A stretch of 64,000 nt of DNA from Candidatus Dormiibacterota bacterium. Its GTDB lineage: Bacteria; Chloroflexota; Dormibacteria; Aeolococcales; Bog-877. The notes beneath the pieces were generated by a model that saw nothing but the letters and a program-made list of their open reading frames with translations, was not told the DNA's origin and ran no database searches. Below, in pieces: positions 18,455-27,765 of the stretch (position 1 is its first letter; every line of letters begins with the position of its first letter). The stretch covers positions 35,115 through 99,114 of the forward strand of contig DAHVMY010000003.1 in the NCBI GenBank assembly GCA_027319585.1, written 5' to 3'. Position numbers and translations under genes: made by a program.

Positions 18455-20463
18455 GAGGTGGTTGCCCCCGCGGCTTCCCGCAGCCTGGAGGAACCTCCCC
18501 GGACCGGCACTCGTCCGCGAAGACCGTCGCCGACTGACTCCAGCTGAAACGCCAGGGTCAGCACCCAGGTGACCGGGTGCCAGCAGATGCTGGAGAGTGG
18601 CTGGCGATCCCACCGCGCCCCCAGCAACCGCAGGCAGATGAGCGAGACGAGGGCGACCAAGGAGGCTGCGAGGGCGGCGCTGTCGCGGTAGAGCACGGCG
18701 AGGACCGGCAGGACCAGGGGAAGCAGCTGGGTGCAGATGACCGCTGCCGCCCCAGCCAGCGCCACCGCCAGGGAGTTGCCGACGCTGGGGTAATGGCTGC
18801 GGCGCCAGAAGCGGCGCACGTCCGCGGTGGAGGTGCCTCCTGCCACCTGCACCAGCTCGGTCCCATTGAGCACCAAGACCGGTCCCGCGGTGCTCGCGAC
18901 CGCCCGGGCCAGAGCCTGGGCCGGCTGCTCCGACCCGGCGATGGCCTGATGGCGACCGCTCATCCGGTAGGCGGAGCGCGTCACCACCAGGCAGGGCTCG
19001 AACGCCAGGGAAAGTCCGGCCCACCGCCCGCGCGCCCAGGTCTGGGCAAAGATGGGCGTCCAGCAGTGCCGGATCAGCGCGACCGCGGGCAGGAGCGCCC
19101 GCTGCGCGGTGCTGGCCATAGCCTGTCCCGGGAGCAGGGAGACCATCGCCGCCTGCCTTGTTCGCAGCGAGCTCACCGCCTCGGCCATGGCCTGCGGAGC
19201 GAGAGTGGCTGGCGCCCCGACGAAGGCCAACAGCTCGCCCGTAGCCCGCTGGGCACCACGGTCCGCTGCCCAGCATCGGTCGGTCCACCCCTCCGGAGTG
19301 GAGCCGGCCACGACCAGCACCCCGTCCGGTCCCAGAACCGAGGCCGCCTCCTCACGGCAGCCAGCGGTGGCCGCGGCGGTAACTACGATGAGCTCCAGCC
19401 TTCCGGGGTAGGCCTGTCGCAGCAGGGAGGCACAGCAGCGGCCGACATCACCCGGAGGGCCGTCGGCGGTCATGATCACGCTGACTGCGGGCAGGGGCCC
19501 GAACGGCGGCTTGGCCCCTGCCCGCCGCAGGGCGAGCTGGTTGAGGATCAGCGTGCCCAGCGAGGCCAGGACTCCCAGTGCGGCGGCCCCGGCGAGCAGC
19601 TCCAGGATGCTGATGCGGTCCCATCCCCACGCCCGCAGGTAGAGCTGGGTTATGACGAAGCCGGCCAGAAGGTTCATCGCCATGAAGCCCCTCCAGGCGC
19701 GCCGGGCCTGCTGGGCGGGATCCTCACCGAGGCATGACCCGGCCAGCAGCACGTAGGGGAGCAGGGCGGCCGCGGCCACCAGCTCCAGGCCGCCGCCGAC
19801 TCCCAGGATGACGATCGCCAGCGAGTAGGCGGTGGTGGCGAACAGGGCGGCGCCACGCTCGCCGATTGCGGTCGCGATCGATCCGATGCCCGCCTGGCGG
19901 TCATAGCCCACGTCTTGGATCGCGCCCAGCGCCTGCGACGCCATCGCCCAGAGCGCGAAGGCTGCGAGCAGTCGCCAGGGGAACGCGTCCAGGCTCAGGC
20001 CCGCCACCAGCAGGCCGCATACCGCCGGCAGGACGAAGTGCGAAGCGCTGGTCACGGAGTCCAGCACGGGGATCACCTTGGTCCGGGCTGGCGGGACGGA
20101 GTAGGCGAGGGCGGCCACGACCGTGACCCCGAGCGCGATACCCACCGGGGGCCCGCCCAGGTAGGCGATGGCACCCAGCAACGGCAGGTTGGTGAGAGTG
20201 ATCGAGGCTATCAGGAGGGGAGCGCCGCTGGGCGCCACCAACCCGCCTTCCAGCCCGCCCTTGCGGGGATTGAGCCGATCCGACTCATAGTCGAACAGGT
20301 CGTTGACCCCATAGAGGAGCAGGTTGTAGGGACCCAGGAAGTAGAGGAAGCCCAGGATCAACGCCCAACTCGGGGTGAGCCTGAACGCCAGCGCCGCCGC
20401 CAGGAACGGCAAAGCGGTGTTGATCCAGCTGGCCGGGCGGCTCGCGACCAAGAGCTGCTTCAC
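18451..20463 (-). CDS. Fusion protein: UbiA-family prenyltransferase (lycopene-elongase-like, about aa 1-310) + GT2-like domain (about aa 325-545) + C-terminal TM region
   Basis: UbiA Asp-rich motifs 'NDLFDYESD' (aa 54-62) and 'QDVGYDRQAG' (aa 183-190) are present. The GT2-like stretch reads 'VSVIMTADG...LELIVV...GELLAFVGAPATL'. It is one uninterrupted 670-codon frame. Confidence 0.8.
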   Translation of the reverse strand: MKQLLVASRPASWINTALPFLAAALAFRLTPSWALILGFLYFLGPYNLLLYGVNDLFDYESDRLNPRKGGLEGGLVAPSGAPLLIASITLTNLPLLGAIAYLGGPPVGIALGVTVVAALAYSVPPARTKVIPVLDSVTSASHFVLPAVCGLLVAGLSLDAFPWRLLAAFALWAMASQALGAIQDVGYDRQAGIGSIATAIGERGAALFATTAYSLAIVILGVGGGLELVAAAALLPYVLLAGSCLGEDPAQQARRAWRGFMAMNLLAGFVITQLYLRAWGWDRISILELLAGAAALGVLASLGTLILNQLALRRAGAKPPFGPLPAVSVIMTADGPPGDVGRCCASLLRQAYPGRLELIVVTAAATAGCREEAASVLGPDGVLVVAGSTPEGWTDRCWAADRGAQRATGELLAFVGAPATLAPQAMAEAVSSLRTRQAAMVSLLPGQAMASTAQRALLPAVALIRHCWTPIFAQTWARGRWAGLSLAFEPCLVVTRSAYRMSGRHQAIAGSEQPAQALARAVASTAGPVLVLNGTELVQVAGGTSTADVRRFWRRSHYPSVGNSLAVALAGAAAVICTQLLPLVLPVLAVLYRDSAALAASLVALVSLICLRLLGARWDRQPLSSICWHPVTWVLTLAFQLESVGDGLRGRVPVRGGSSRLREAAGATTS

Positions 20464-20472
20464 GGCCCCACC

Positions 20473-20745
20473 TCACCAGGAGTAGACGGTGATCGCGGTC
20501 AGGTAGAGAGCCAGGCCGTAGAGGAGATCCTCGAGCGGCATCCGGACGATCCGGATGCCGCTGAGGAATTGGGGAGCGTAGGAGAAGACGCCGATCCAGG
20601 TGAGCCCCACGTCGGCTCCGATGGTGAGGGCGGCGAACACCCCCATCCCCACCCAGAGGGAGCGGTCGCGGAGAACGCCCCTCCAAGCGGCGAGACCGAG
20701 TGCCAGGACCAGAGCGATGGTCGCGGCCAGGGAGTACTCCCTCAT
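20473..20745 (-). CDS. Lycopene cyclase domain protein, small subunit (CrtYd/CrtYf-like)
   Basis: 90 aa, 3 TM, 'RMPLEDLLYG' (PxE(E/D) motif). ATG 20745 overlaps the upstream stop (ATGA). Confidence 0.75.
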   Translation of the reverse strand: MREYSLAATIALVLALGLAAWRGVLRDRSLWVGMGVFAALTIGADVGLTWIGVFSYAPQFLSGIRIVRMPLEDLLYGLALYLTAITVYSW

Positions 20746-21038
20746 GCGCCCAGGCGCCGGACGCCCTTCCAGATGGCGACCGAGATGAGGGTCAGAAAGC
20801 CGAGCAGGATGGGCTCCTCCAGGGGGATGCCCGGAGGGAATATCACCGTGTTGAGCGCAGGATTGCTGTGGAACCAACCCAGCAGCGCCCCGGCGGCATC
20901 GAAGCCGAGAAAGAGCGGCACGGTGACCGCGATCGCCCGGAGCAGCCGCCGGCCGGCTACGCCAAGACCCAGGCGCCGGTCCAGCGTCAGCACGCCCGCC
21001 CAGCTCACCAGCAGGGCCAACAGGTACAGAAAGCGCAT
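20742..21038 (-). CDS. Lycopene cyclase domain protein, small subunit (CrtYc/CrtYe-like)
   Basis: 98 aa, 3 TM, 'GIPLEEPILLG'. Start placed at ATG 21038. The track's upstream extension is low-complexity. Confidence 0.75.
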   Translation of the reverse strand: MRFLYLLALLVSWAGVLTLDRRLGLGVAGRRLLRAIAVTVPLFLGFDAAGALLGWFHSNPALNTVIFPPGIPLEEPILLGFLTLISVAIWKGVRRLGA

Positions 21039-21438
21039 CAGGCACCCGCTGCCTCCATGCGAAGTGACCGGCCTTGCCAGCGTGCCTGCTCTCTCGGCCA
21101 ACCGGCTCCAGGCCGCTCGATCGAGGTGCGGTTGAGCGCTGCCTCCGGCATCACGAATCTCCTCTCCTGCCCGCGGCGGACAGTCCTCAGGCTCTGTAGC
21201 TGGTACGCTCGGAGCGCTCGATTGGACCACCCGGCAGCGCAAGCCGTTGCGGGGTGGGCTCGTCCAGCCGGAATTAGCTTAGCAGATAAGTGAGCTGGCG
21301 AGAGATATGGGTGGCATCCACCAAATTTCCGATCCGGAAGCCGGGTCCCAGGCGAGGCTGCCGATCAGGTCATGCGGAGCCGGGAGACGACCCGGCCGGG
21401 GGCTGCCCCGATCGGGCCGCCTGCCGCAGTTGCGGATG

Positions 21439-21948
21439 CTACTCCAGCTCGGAGTTGACAGGCGGAGCGCTGTCCAGGCTTCTCGTGTGGGCGGAGATGC
21501 GCGCCTCGATGTCCACCAGAAGCTGCCGCAGCAGCTCCAGCTCCTGGTCCGACCTGCCGCTCAACATCTCGGCGAGGGAGTCGTTGAGGTCTCCCAGGCT
21601 CCGCCGGGCGACCTCCCGGGCGCTCTCTGTGACCTCCACTCTGACCTTGCGCCGGTCATGCGGGTCCTCGGTGCGACGCAGGTGACCTGAGCTCTCCAGG
21701 CGGTCGATGATGCCCGTCACCCCTCCGCTGGTGACCCTCAAATGCGCCCCCAGCTCGGTCGGGGTGACCGCGCCGCGCCGCGAGACCAGGTTCAAGGTCC
21801 GGACCTCGGTGAGGGTCATGCCCAGGTGCCTGGACGTGGCGTCGCTGTGCTGCTGCATGCTGGTGTTCAGATCCCGGATCGCCCGTAGCACCGCGGCCAC
21901 CTCGGCCTTGCGTGCCGGGCGCGCCGGTGACTTCATAATGGCCATCAC
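21439..21948 (-). CDS. MarR family transcriptional regulator
   Basis: The winged HTH reads 'LTEVRTLNLVSRRGAVTPTELGAHLRVTSGGVTGIIDRLESSGHLRRTEDPHDRRKV'. Confidence 0.85.
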   Translation of the reverse strand: MMAIMKSPARPARKAEVAAVLRAIRDLNTSMQQHSDATSRHLGMTLTEVRTLNLVSRRGAVTPTELGAHLRVTSGGVTGIIDRLESSGHLRRTEDPHDRRKVRVEVTESAREVARRSLGDLNDSLAEMLSGRSDQELELLRQLLVDIEARISAHTRSLDSAPPVNSELE

Positions 21949-21957
21949 TGCGACAGT

Positions 21958-21978
21958 GTATGCGAGCCGGCAGCATAC
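21958..21978. promoter_or_regulatory. Inverted repeat in the MarR / Grx-TrxR divergent spacer (candidate MarR operator)
   Basis: GTATGC-N9-GCATAC is present, and the centre contains the palindrome GCCGGC. Confidence 0.3.
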
Positions 21979-22019
21979 CCTGCGCGCCCGACTGCAACCG
22001 GCCCGGCGGGAGCGGCGAG

Positions 22020-23225
22020 ATGGCGATCACGGTTTACGGTGCGCCCTGGTGCCCTGACTGCCGGCGCAGCAAGGCCTTCCTGAACGCTCACGCGATCGAT
22101 TTCGAGTGGGTGGACATCGACCAGGACCCGGCGGGGCTCGCCGCGGTCGAACGGCTGCAGGGTGGCGGCCGCACCATTCCCACGATCGTGTTTGATGACG
22201 GCACCCACCTGCTGGAGCCCAGCGACGAGGAGCTGGCGCGCAAGCTGGCGATCAAGGTGGAGGCGGAGCGTCCCTTCTACGACCTGGTGGTGGTGGGGGG
22301 TGGTCCCGCTGGCCTGGCTGCCGCCATCTATGCCGCGCGGGAGGGGATCACAGTGCTGGTGGTGGACTCCGGCGGTCTCGGCGGCAACGCCGGCGTGACC
22401 GAGCGCATCGACAACTACCCCGGCTTTCCCGAGGGCATCGGGGGAGCGGAGCTGATGAGCCGGTTCATCCAGCAGGCCAAGCGGTACGAGGTCGAGCTGC
22501 TGGCCGGGGCCAGAGTGGCCACCATGGGTCCGGACGGGGCTGACGCGCGCCTGGAGTTGGCGACCGGCCAATCGCTCTCGGCCCATGCGGTCCTCATCTG
22601 CTCCGGCTCCACCTACCGCCGCCTCGGGGTCCCCGGTGAGGAGAAGCTGATCGGGGCCGGGGTCCACTTCTGCGCGACCTGCGATGGCCCGTTCTACCGC
22701 GGTGCGGACGAGCTGCTGGTGGTCGGCGGGGGCAACGCCGGGGTCGAGGAGGGGATGTTCCTGACCCGGTTCGCCAAGCGGGTCAGGATCGTCCAGAACC
22801 AGCCGGAGCTGACCGCCTCCAAGCTGCTCCAGGACAAGGTGCGCGCGGACCGGCGGTTCGTGATCCACACCGACACTGAGATTCGCGAGCTGCGCGGGGA
22901 CCAGCGGCTGCAGGAGGTGGTGGCCGTCAATTCCAAGACCGGCGAGGAGAGCCGGTGGCATCCCGCCGCCGCCTTCATCTTCATCGGCCTCGACCCCAAC
23001 TCCGAGGTCGCGTCTGAACTCGTCGATCTGGACCCCTGGGGCTTCATCAGGACCAGCGACTCCTACGCCACCCGGAGCCCCTGGCTCTTCGCCGCCGGAG
23101 ATGTGAGGGCCGGCTCCACCAAGCAACTGGCGTCGGCGGTGGGGGAGGGAGTGGCGGCGCTGCTCGCGATCCGCAGCTATCTGCAACAGCACCACCATCT
23201 CCCCGCAATCGATCCCAACGCGTAG
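22020..23225 (+). CDS. Glutaredoxin/NrdH-like domain fused to thioredoxin-reductase-like flavoprotein
   Basis: ATG at 22020. The N-terminal Trx fold 'ITVYGAPWCPDCRRSKAFL' is followed by 'YDLVVVGGGPAGLAAA', the redox pair 'CATCDG' and the NAD(P)H site 'VVGGGNAG'. Confidence 0.85.
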   Translation: MAITVYGAPWCPDCRRSKAFLNAHAIDFEWVDIDQDPAGLAAVERLQGGGRTIPTIVFDDGTHLLEPSDEELARKLAIKVEAERPFYDLVVVGGGPAGLAAAIYAAREGITVLVVDSGGLGGNAGVTERIDNYPGFPEGIGGAELMSRFIQQAKRYEVELLAGARVATMGPDGADARLELATGQSLSAHAVLICSGSTYRRLGVPGEEKLIGAGVHFCATCDGPFYRGADELLVVGGGNAGVEEGMFLTRFAKRVRIVQNQPELTASKLLQDKVRADRRFVIHTDTEIRELRGDQRLQEVVAVNSKTGEESRWHPAAAFIFIGLDPNSEVASELVDLDPWGFIRTSDSYATRSPWLFAAGDVRAGSTKQLASAVGEGVAALLAIRSYLQQHHHLPAIDPNA

Positions 23226-23312
23226 CTCCACTGGTCAAGGGCCGCCGCCAGGGGCTGTCACCGGGGCGGTCGGTTACCATGTGCCGGCGGGGAGCGATCA
23301 GGGAGACACAGG

Positions 23313-23861
23313 ATGCGCATAGCTGGCGAGATCGTCGGCCGCCGTGGGGCGGCCGTGATTTCACTGGCAGCGGTGGCGGCGGCGATTCTGGCGGTGCACG
23401 GCTATTCGAGTCCTGGGGCGCTCTCCTTGCCGGGCGGCTCCGGTTCCGGGGCGGGACGGGCGGCAACGCTCAGCCCGACCACCAAGACCACCCCTTCGCC
23501 ATCGCCCCGGAGTACGAGCTCGGCCACTCCCCGGCCGAGTGGAACGGCAACCCCGGGCCCGCTCCTGTCGTCCACGGCCTACGCCTCGTACACCTACCAG
23601 CTCTATCCCGGCACTCCGAGCACCATGGCGCGCGCCGCGCTGGCCGGGTTCAGCTACACCGCCCGCCGCGCGGGAAGCTCGGTGGACTTCACCCTCTACG
23701 TGTCCGGCGGCGGCCAGCCCCCGATCAAGAAGACCTATCCCGCCAGCGATCACATCTACTTCGTGGAGGCCAACCTGGGCGACGACTCCGGCAGCGCCGA
23801 GTACAACTTCGGCGATGACGGGTTCATCGCCACCGATGCGACCGGACACGTGGTGCCCTGA
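23313..23861 (+). CDS. Hypothetical membrane-anchored or secreted protein with a Ser/Thr/Pro-rich linker
   Basis: It has an N-terminal hydrophobic anchor, an STP-rich region, then a globular C-terminal domain. No family was recognised. Confidence 0.55.
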   Translation: MRIAGEIVGRRGAAVISLAAVAAAILAVHGYSSPGALSLPGGSGSGAGRAATLSPTTKTTPSPSPRSTSSATPRPSGTATPGPLLSSTAYASYTYQLYPGTPSTMARAALAGFSYTARRAGSSVDFTLYVSGGGQPPIKKTYPASDHIYFVEANLGDDSGSAEYNFGDDGFIATDATGHVVP

Positions 23862-23863
23862 GC

Positions 23864-24352
23864 ATGGCCAGAAGGAACCGCCTCAATCGGGCATCGGCCC
23901 GCGCCGTCGGCAGCCCTCAGGTGGCGGCGCCGTCCACCCAGCTCGCGACCGCCGGCCCCTCCCCTGATCGGGGCAGCTGGAGTGCCCAGGCCTGGGCACC
24001 CACCGGAGCTCGGGTCGCCCTCGGGCTGGTGCTCCTGTGGTTCGGGGTTCACGAGCTGATCCAGCCCAGCCTGTGGACCGGCTACGTCCCCCTGATCCCG
24101 GCCACCTCCAACCTGGCGATCGGGCTGGTCCTGTTGCATGGCTGGATGCTGAGCGTCCTGGGGGTCGCCCTGGTGGTGGGGGTGGCCGCGCGGGCGGCGG
24201 CCGCGGTGAGCGCGCTGCTGCTCGCCGAGATTGTGCTCTCGCTGACCTTCACCGGGGGGGTCTCCGACATCGTGGCCAGGGACTTCGGAGTCTTGGGACT
24301 GGCGCTGGCCGTGTTCGCGACGGCGGAGCAGGGGTGGAGGCTCAGGGACTGA
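23864..24352 (+). CDS. DoxX-like membrane protein
   Basis: 4 predicted TM segments ('VALGLVLLWFGVHEL...'). It starts 2 nt after the previous stop, and the true start may lie further downstream. Confidence 0.5.
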   Translation: MARRNRLNRASARAVGSPQVAAPSTQLATAGPSPDRGSWSAQAWAPTGARVALGLVLLWFGVHELIQPSLWTGYVPLIPATSNLAIGLVLLHGWMLSVLGVALVVGVAARAAAAVSALLLAEIVLSLTFTGGVSDIVARDFGVLGLALAVFATAEQGWRLRD

Positions 24353-24401
24353 GCCGGGCCTTTGGGGAGTGGGCCTCCCGGCTCTGAGGTCCCGGCCCCG
24401 C

Positions 24402-25178
24402 TCAGCGCCTCCAGTCGGGCCGCCGGCGCTCTCTGAAGGCGGCCATCCCCTCGGCGCCCTCGGGGCTGGAGAAGAGCCGCCGGGAGAGCTCCACCATCGC
24501 CTGGTATGCCGCTTCCTCATCCAGGGCCGGGACCTCCCGGACCAACCGCCGGATCTCCCGCTGGGCGGATGGTGCTCCGCCGGCCAATTCATGGACCAGC
24601 ATCCCGGTCCGTTCCGCTACCTCCTCGGGATCCACCACGTGGTTCACGAGCCCCGCGGCCGATGCCTCGACAGCATCGAAGGTACGCCCGGTCAGGAAGA
24701 GCTCCAGGGCACGGCTCAGCGGCATCTTGGCCAGCACGGGGACCGCGATGACCGCCGGGGCGACCCCGACCTTCACCTCGCTGAACGCAAAGGTGGCGGC
24801 GCTCGTCGCGACCACGATGTCACTCTCAGCCACCAGGCCCATGCCGCCGCCGCGCACCGCTCCCCTGACCTCCGCGATAACGGGCTGCGGCAGCGCGCGG
24901 ATGAGCCTTAGGACCGGCACCAGCGCGCCCGCGCCCGGACTGGCCCCCCGCTCTCGCCGCGCCTCCAGCTGCTCCTTGAGGTCGGCGCCGGAGCAGAACA
25001 CTGACCCGGTATGGCCCAGGATGACGACCCGGACCGCGCTGGCCTTCGCCGCGGCGGTCAACGCAGCGGTGAGCTGATCAAGCAGCGCCTCGGAGAGCGC
25101 ATTGCGGTTGGCCGGCGAGTCCAGCTGGATCCGCCGGGCCGGACCCTCATCCTGGACCGAGACTAGCTCTTCGGGCAA
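24402..25178 (-). CDS. Enoyl-CoA hydratase/isomerase (crotonase family)
   Basis: 258 aa with 'VVILGHTGSVFCSGADLKE' and 'GGGMGL' oxyanion-hole regions. Confidence 0.9.
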   Translation of the reverse strand: MPEELVSVQDEGPARRIQLDSPANRNALSEALLDQLTAALTAAAKASAVRVVILGHTGSVFCSGADLKEQLEARRERGASPGAGALVPVLRLIRALPQPVIAEVRGAVRGGGMGLVAESDIVVATSAATFAFSEVKVGVAPAVIAVPVLAKMPLSRALELFLTGRTFDAVEASAAGLVNHVVDPEEVAERTGMLVHELAGGAPSAQREIRRLVREVPALDEEAAYQAMVELSRRLFSSPEGAEGMAAFRERRRPDWRR

Positions 25179-25353
25179 GTGCGACTCCTGTGACTGCGAG
25201 GGTGGACAGGCTGCTCAAATGGTAGGGAAGTCGACGCGGCTCAACCGCCAGGTGAACCTCCGCTGCCGCTGAACCGTGATCGGCGCGCTCATTCAAAGTC
25301 CGAGTGGCCGGTGGGCTCCGGCCGGCCCCCGGGCCCTGCGGACCCGCGATCGC

Positions 25354-27765
25354 TCAGAGTCGGCGGATCAGATCTCGCTCCAGGCTCTCACGCGCCGCTC
25401 TCACCTCAGGAAGCAACTCCCACCCTGAGAGCGCCTGCTCCATCTGGCGCAGGAGCGAGTAGCAGGACTTGGTGCCCCGGAGCGCGTCGCCGGGATCCAC
25501 CCCGGGGGGAGGCTGGAGCTGATCCAGCGGCACTCCGCGGCTCCAGTTGTACACGTACTCCACGTAGTCGAGTGACACCGGCCGGCTCTCGGAGATCCCG
25601 TGCTCCGCCTCCAGACGGGCCAGCTCGCGCTGAGCCTGCGCCAGGGTGCGAGCGAGCTGGTCGACGCGCCGGGTCGGCATGTGGCGCCGCGGGGTGAACT
25701 TCGCGGAGCCGCGGTCGTCCGCTGCCAGCATCACGATGACCGCGCACAGCTCCTCGGTTCGCAGGCCCGTGAGCCACCCTTCCGCGACCGCCTGGGCGAC
25801 CAGCAGGGTGTTCTCCCCGTACACTGCGGCTGCCAGCATCCCGAGACGGGTGGGCCGGTCGTTCTGCAGATGGCCCAGCTCGGTGAGCACCGCCCGGTAG
25901 GCTCGAAGCTGGTCGCGATACTCGTGCTGGCGTTGCTGGGCCACCGCGGCGGCCTCCTCCAGAGAGCGCTCCAGCTCCAGCACCTCTTCCCGCACCCCCC
26001 GGTGCTCCGGGAGATAGGGGCAGTGGCGGCAGGGAGACTGGGCCACCTGCCGCTCGCGCTCATGAATCGCGCGCCGTTGCTGCTCCAGGCGCCCGGCGGG
26101 GTCTCTCGAATCCGCCCCAAAACGCCCCTGCCGACGATCCCGAAAGTGCTGCCGACGAAGTTGGCGGGCCTGCTCACGCGCCAGGCTGAGCGCCGCCTGG
26201 GCGCCGAGGAACTGGCTCAGGGTGCGCTCCGTGCATCTGACCTTGGGATGCTTGAAATGACGCGCCTTCAGGTCTCGGAGGCGCGCCTCCACATTGGGGC
26301 GGCGCAGCTGCACATTCTCCAGCGCCCGCAGCCGTTGGTGCTGGCCGAATGATTGTTCCAGCAGGACCTCCGCCTCGGCCGGGGTCTTGCGCCGCAGCAG
26401 ATTCAGGGTCATGTTGTAGGTGGGGGCGAACTTGGATTCGACCGCCATGTCGTTCCCGAGCAGGGTCTCGCAGATGACTCCCAGGTCCACCTCGGGGTCG
26501 CGCAGGACGATCCCGTGCCCGATGGGGTCGATGCCGCGCCTGCCGGCACGTCCCAGCAGCTGGGTGAGCTGTCCCGAGCGCAGGGGCGCGAATCCCTGGC
26601 CGTCGAACTTGGTGAAGGTGGAGATGACACAGGCACGGGCCGGCATGTTGAGCCCCAACGCCAGAGTCTCGGTGGCGAACACCACCTTGAGCAATCCGCG
26701 CTGGAAGAGCTCCTCCACGGTCTCCTTGACGTAGGGCAGCAGGCCCGCGTGGTGGACCGCCACGCCCGCCCGGAGCATGCTCATGTTGAGGGCGCCGGTG
26801 TAGAGCGCGGCCTCGTCAGGGTCGTGGATCGTGCCCAGACGCTCGGTTAGGACCTCGTCGATGGCGAACTTCTCCTCCAGGGAGGTGAGGTCAACCGCAT
26901 GGGTAGAGCACCGCCCCAGCGCCTCTCGACAGCCCTTGCGGGAGAAGATGAAGTAGATCGCGGGCAGCATCTCCTGCAGCCGGAGTTCCTCGACGACTCG
27001 CAGGAGGTCATTGTCGGAGCTGAGAAAGGTGCGGTTCCCATAGAGGCGCCGGTCGCCCTCGGCCTCCCTCTGGGCCAGCTCCAGGGTCTGCCGATCCAGC
27101 CGCCCTTTGGCATCCAGGAGGGGCAGGAAGCGGTTGCGCAATCCCAGCCAGGTTCGCAGCTCCACCGGGCGGTCGCGGCGCAGCACCACCGCCATGGGGC
27201 CACGCCTCTCCTGCATCCAGCTGGCCACCTCGTCGACGTTGGTGATGGTCGCCGACAGGCCGATGAAGCGGATGTGGGCTGGGGCCTGGATGATCACCTC
27301 TTCCCAGACCGTCCCCCGCGGGTACTCGTCGATGTAGTGGACCTCGTCCAACACCACCCAGCGCACCGAGGCCAGGGAGTCGGGATCGTCGTAGATCAGG
27401 TTGCGCAGGATCTCGGTCGTCATGACCACCACCGGGGCCTCCGGGTTGATGGAGGTCTCACCGGTCACCAGCCCCACTGTGGCATCCCCGTGGACCCGCT
27501 TGAGGTCCCCGTACTTCTGGTTGGAGAGGGCCTTGAGTGGGGTGGTGTAGAGGACCCGCTCCCCGCCACCGCGGTTAAGGCTCTCCCAGATCGCCCACTC
27601 CGCGACCACGGTCTTGCCGCTGCTGGTGGGAGCGCTCACCAAAACCCCGGCATGGTCCTGCAGCGCCGAGATCGCCTGCTCCTGGAAGGGGTCGAGGGTA
27701 AAGGAAAGGGTGCTGGCGAAGTCCGCGAACTGGGAGGTGGCCGGCCCGCCCCCCGGGGCCTCCAC
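25354..27765 (-). CDS. helY: Ski2-like DEVH-box RNA helicase (HelY type)
   Basis: Walker A 'SAPTSSGKTVVAE', 'VLDEVHYI', 'SAT' and helicase C motifs are present, with a long C-terminal arch/DSHCT-like region. Confidence 0.9.
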   Translation of the reverse strand: MEAPGGGPATSQFADFASTLSFTLDPFQEQAISALQDHAGVLVSAPTSSGKTVVAEWAIWESLNRGGGERVLYTTPLKALSNQKYGDLKRVHGDATVGLVTGETSINPEAPVVVMTTEILRNLIYDDPDSLASVRWVVLDEVHYIDEYPRGTVWEEVIIQAPAHIRFIGLSATITNVDEVASWMQERRGPMAVVLRRDRPVELRTWLGLRNRFLPLLDAKGRLDRQTLELAQREAEGDRRLYGNRTFLSSDNDLLRVVEELRLQEMLPAIYFIFSRKGCREALGRCSTHAVDLTSLEEKFAIDEVLTERLGTIHDPDEAALYTGALNMSMLRAGVAVHHAGLLPYVKETVEELFQRGLLKVVFATETLALGLNMPARACVISTFTKFDGQGFAPLRSGQLTQLLGRAGRRGIDPIGHGIVLRDPEVDLGVICETLLGNDMAVESKFAPTYNMTLNLLRRKTPAEAEVLLEQSFGQHQRLRALENVQLRRPNVEARLRDLKARHFKHPKVRCTERTLSQFLGAQAALSLAREQARQLRRQHFRDRRQGRFGADSRDPAGRLEQQRRAIHERERQVAQSPCRHCPYLPEHRGVREEVLELERSLEEAAAVAQQRQHEYRDQLRAYRAVLTELGHLQNDRPTRLGMLAAAVYGENTLLVAQAVAEGWLTGLRTEELCAVIVMLAADDRGSAKFTPRRHMPTRRVDQLARTLAQAQRELARLEAEHGISESRPVSLDYVEYVYNWSRGVPLDQLQPPPGVDPGDALRGTKSCYSLLRQMEQALSGWELLPEVRAARESLERDLIRRL

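Noticed and set aside
18455-19288. N-terminal extension of crtI in the track ORF 16934..19288
   Set aside because: The extension overlaps the prenyltransferase fusion gene out of frame and is low complexity. The GTG at 18454 gives a normal-length CrtI that begins just before the FAD-binding fold.
21290-21690. Plus-strand ORFs 21290..21685 and 21307..21690
   Set aside because: They are largely antisense to the MarR gene and have Arg/Ser/Pro-rich composition.
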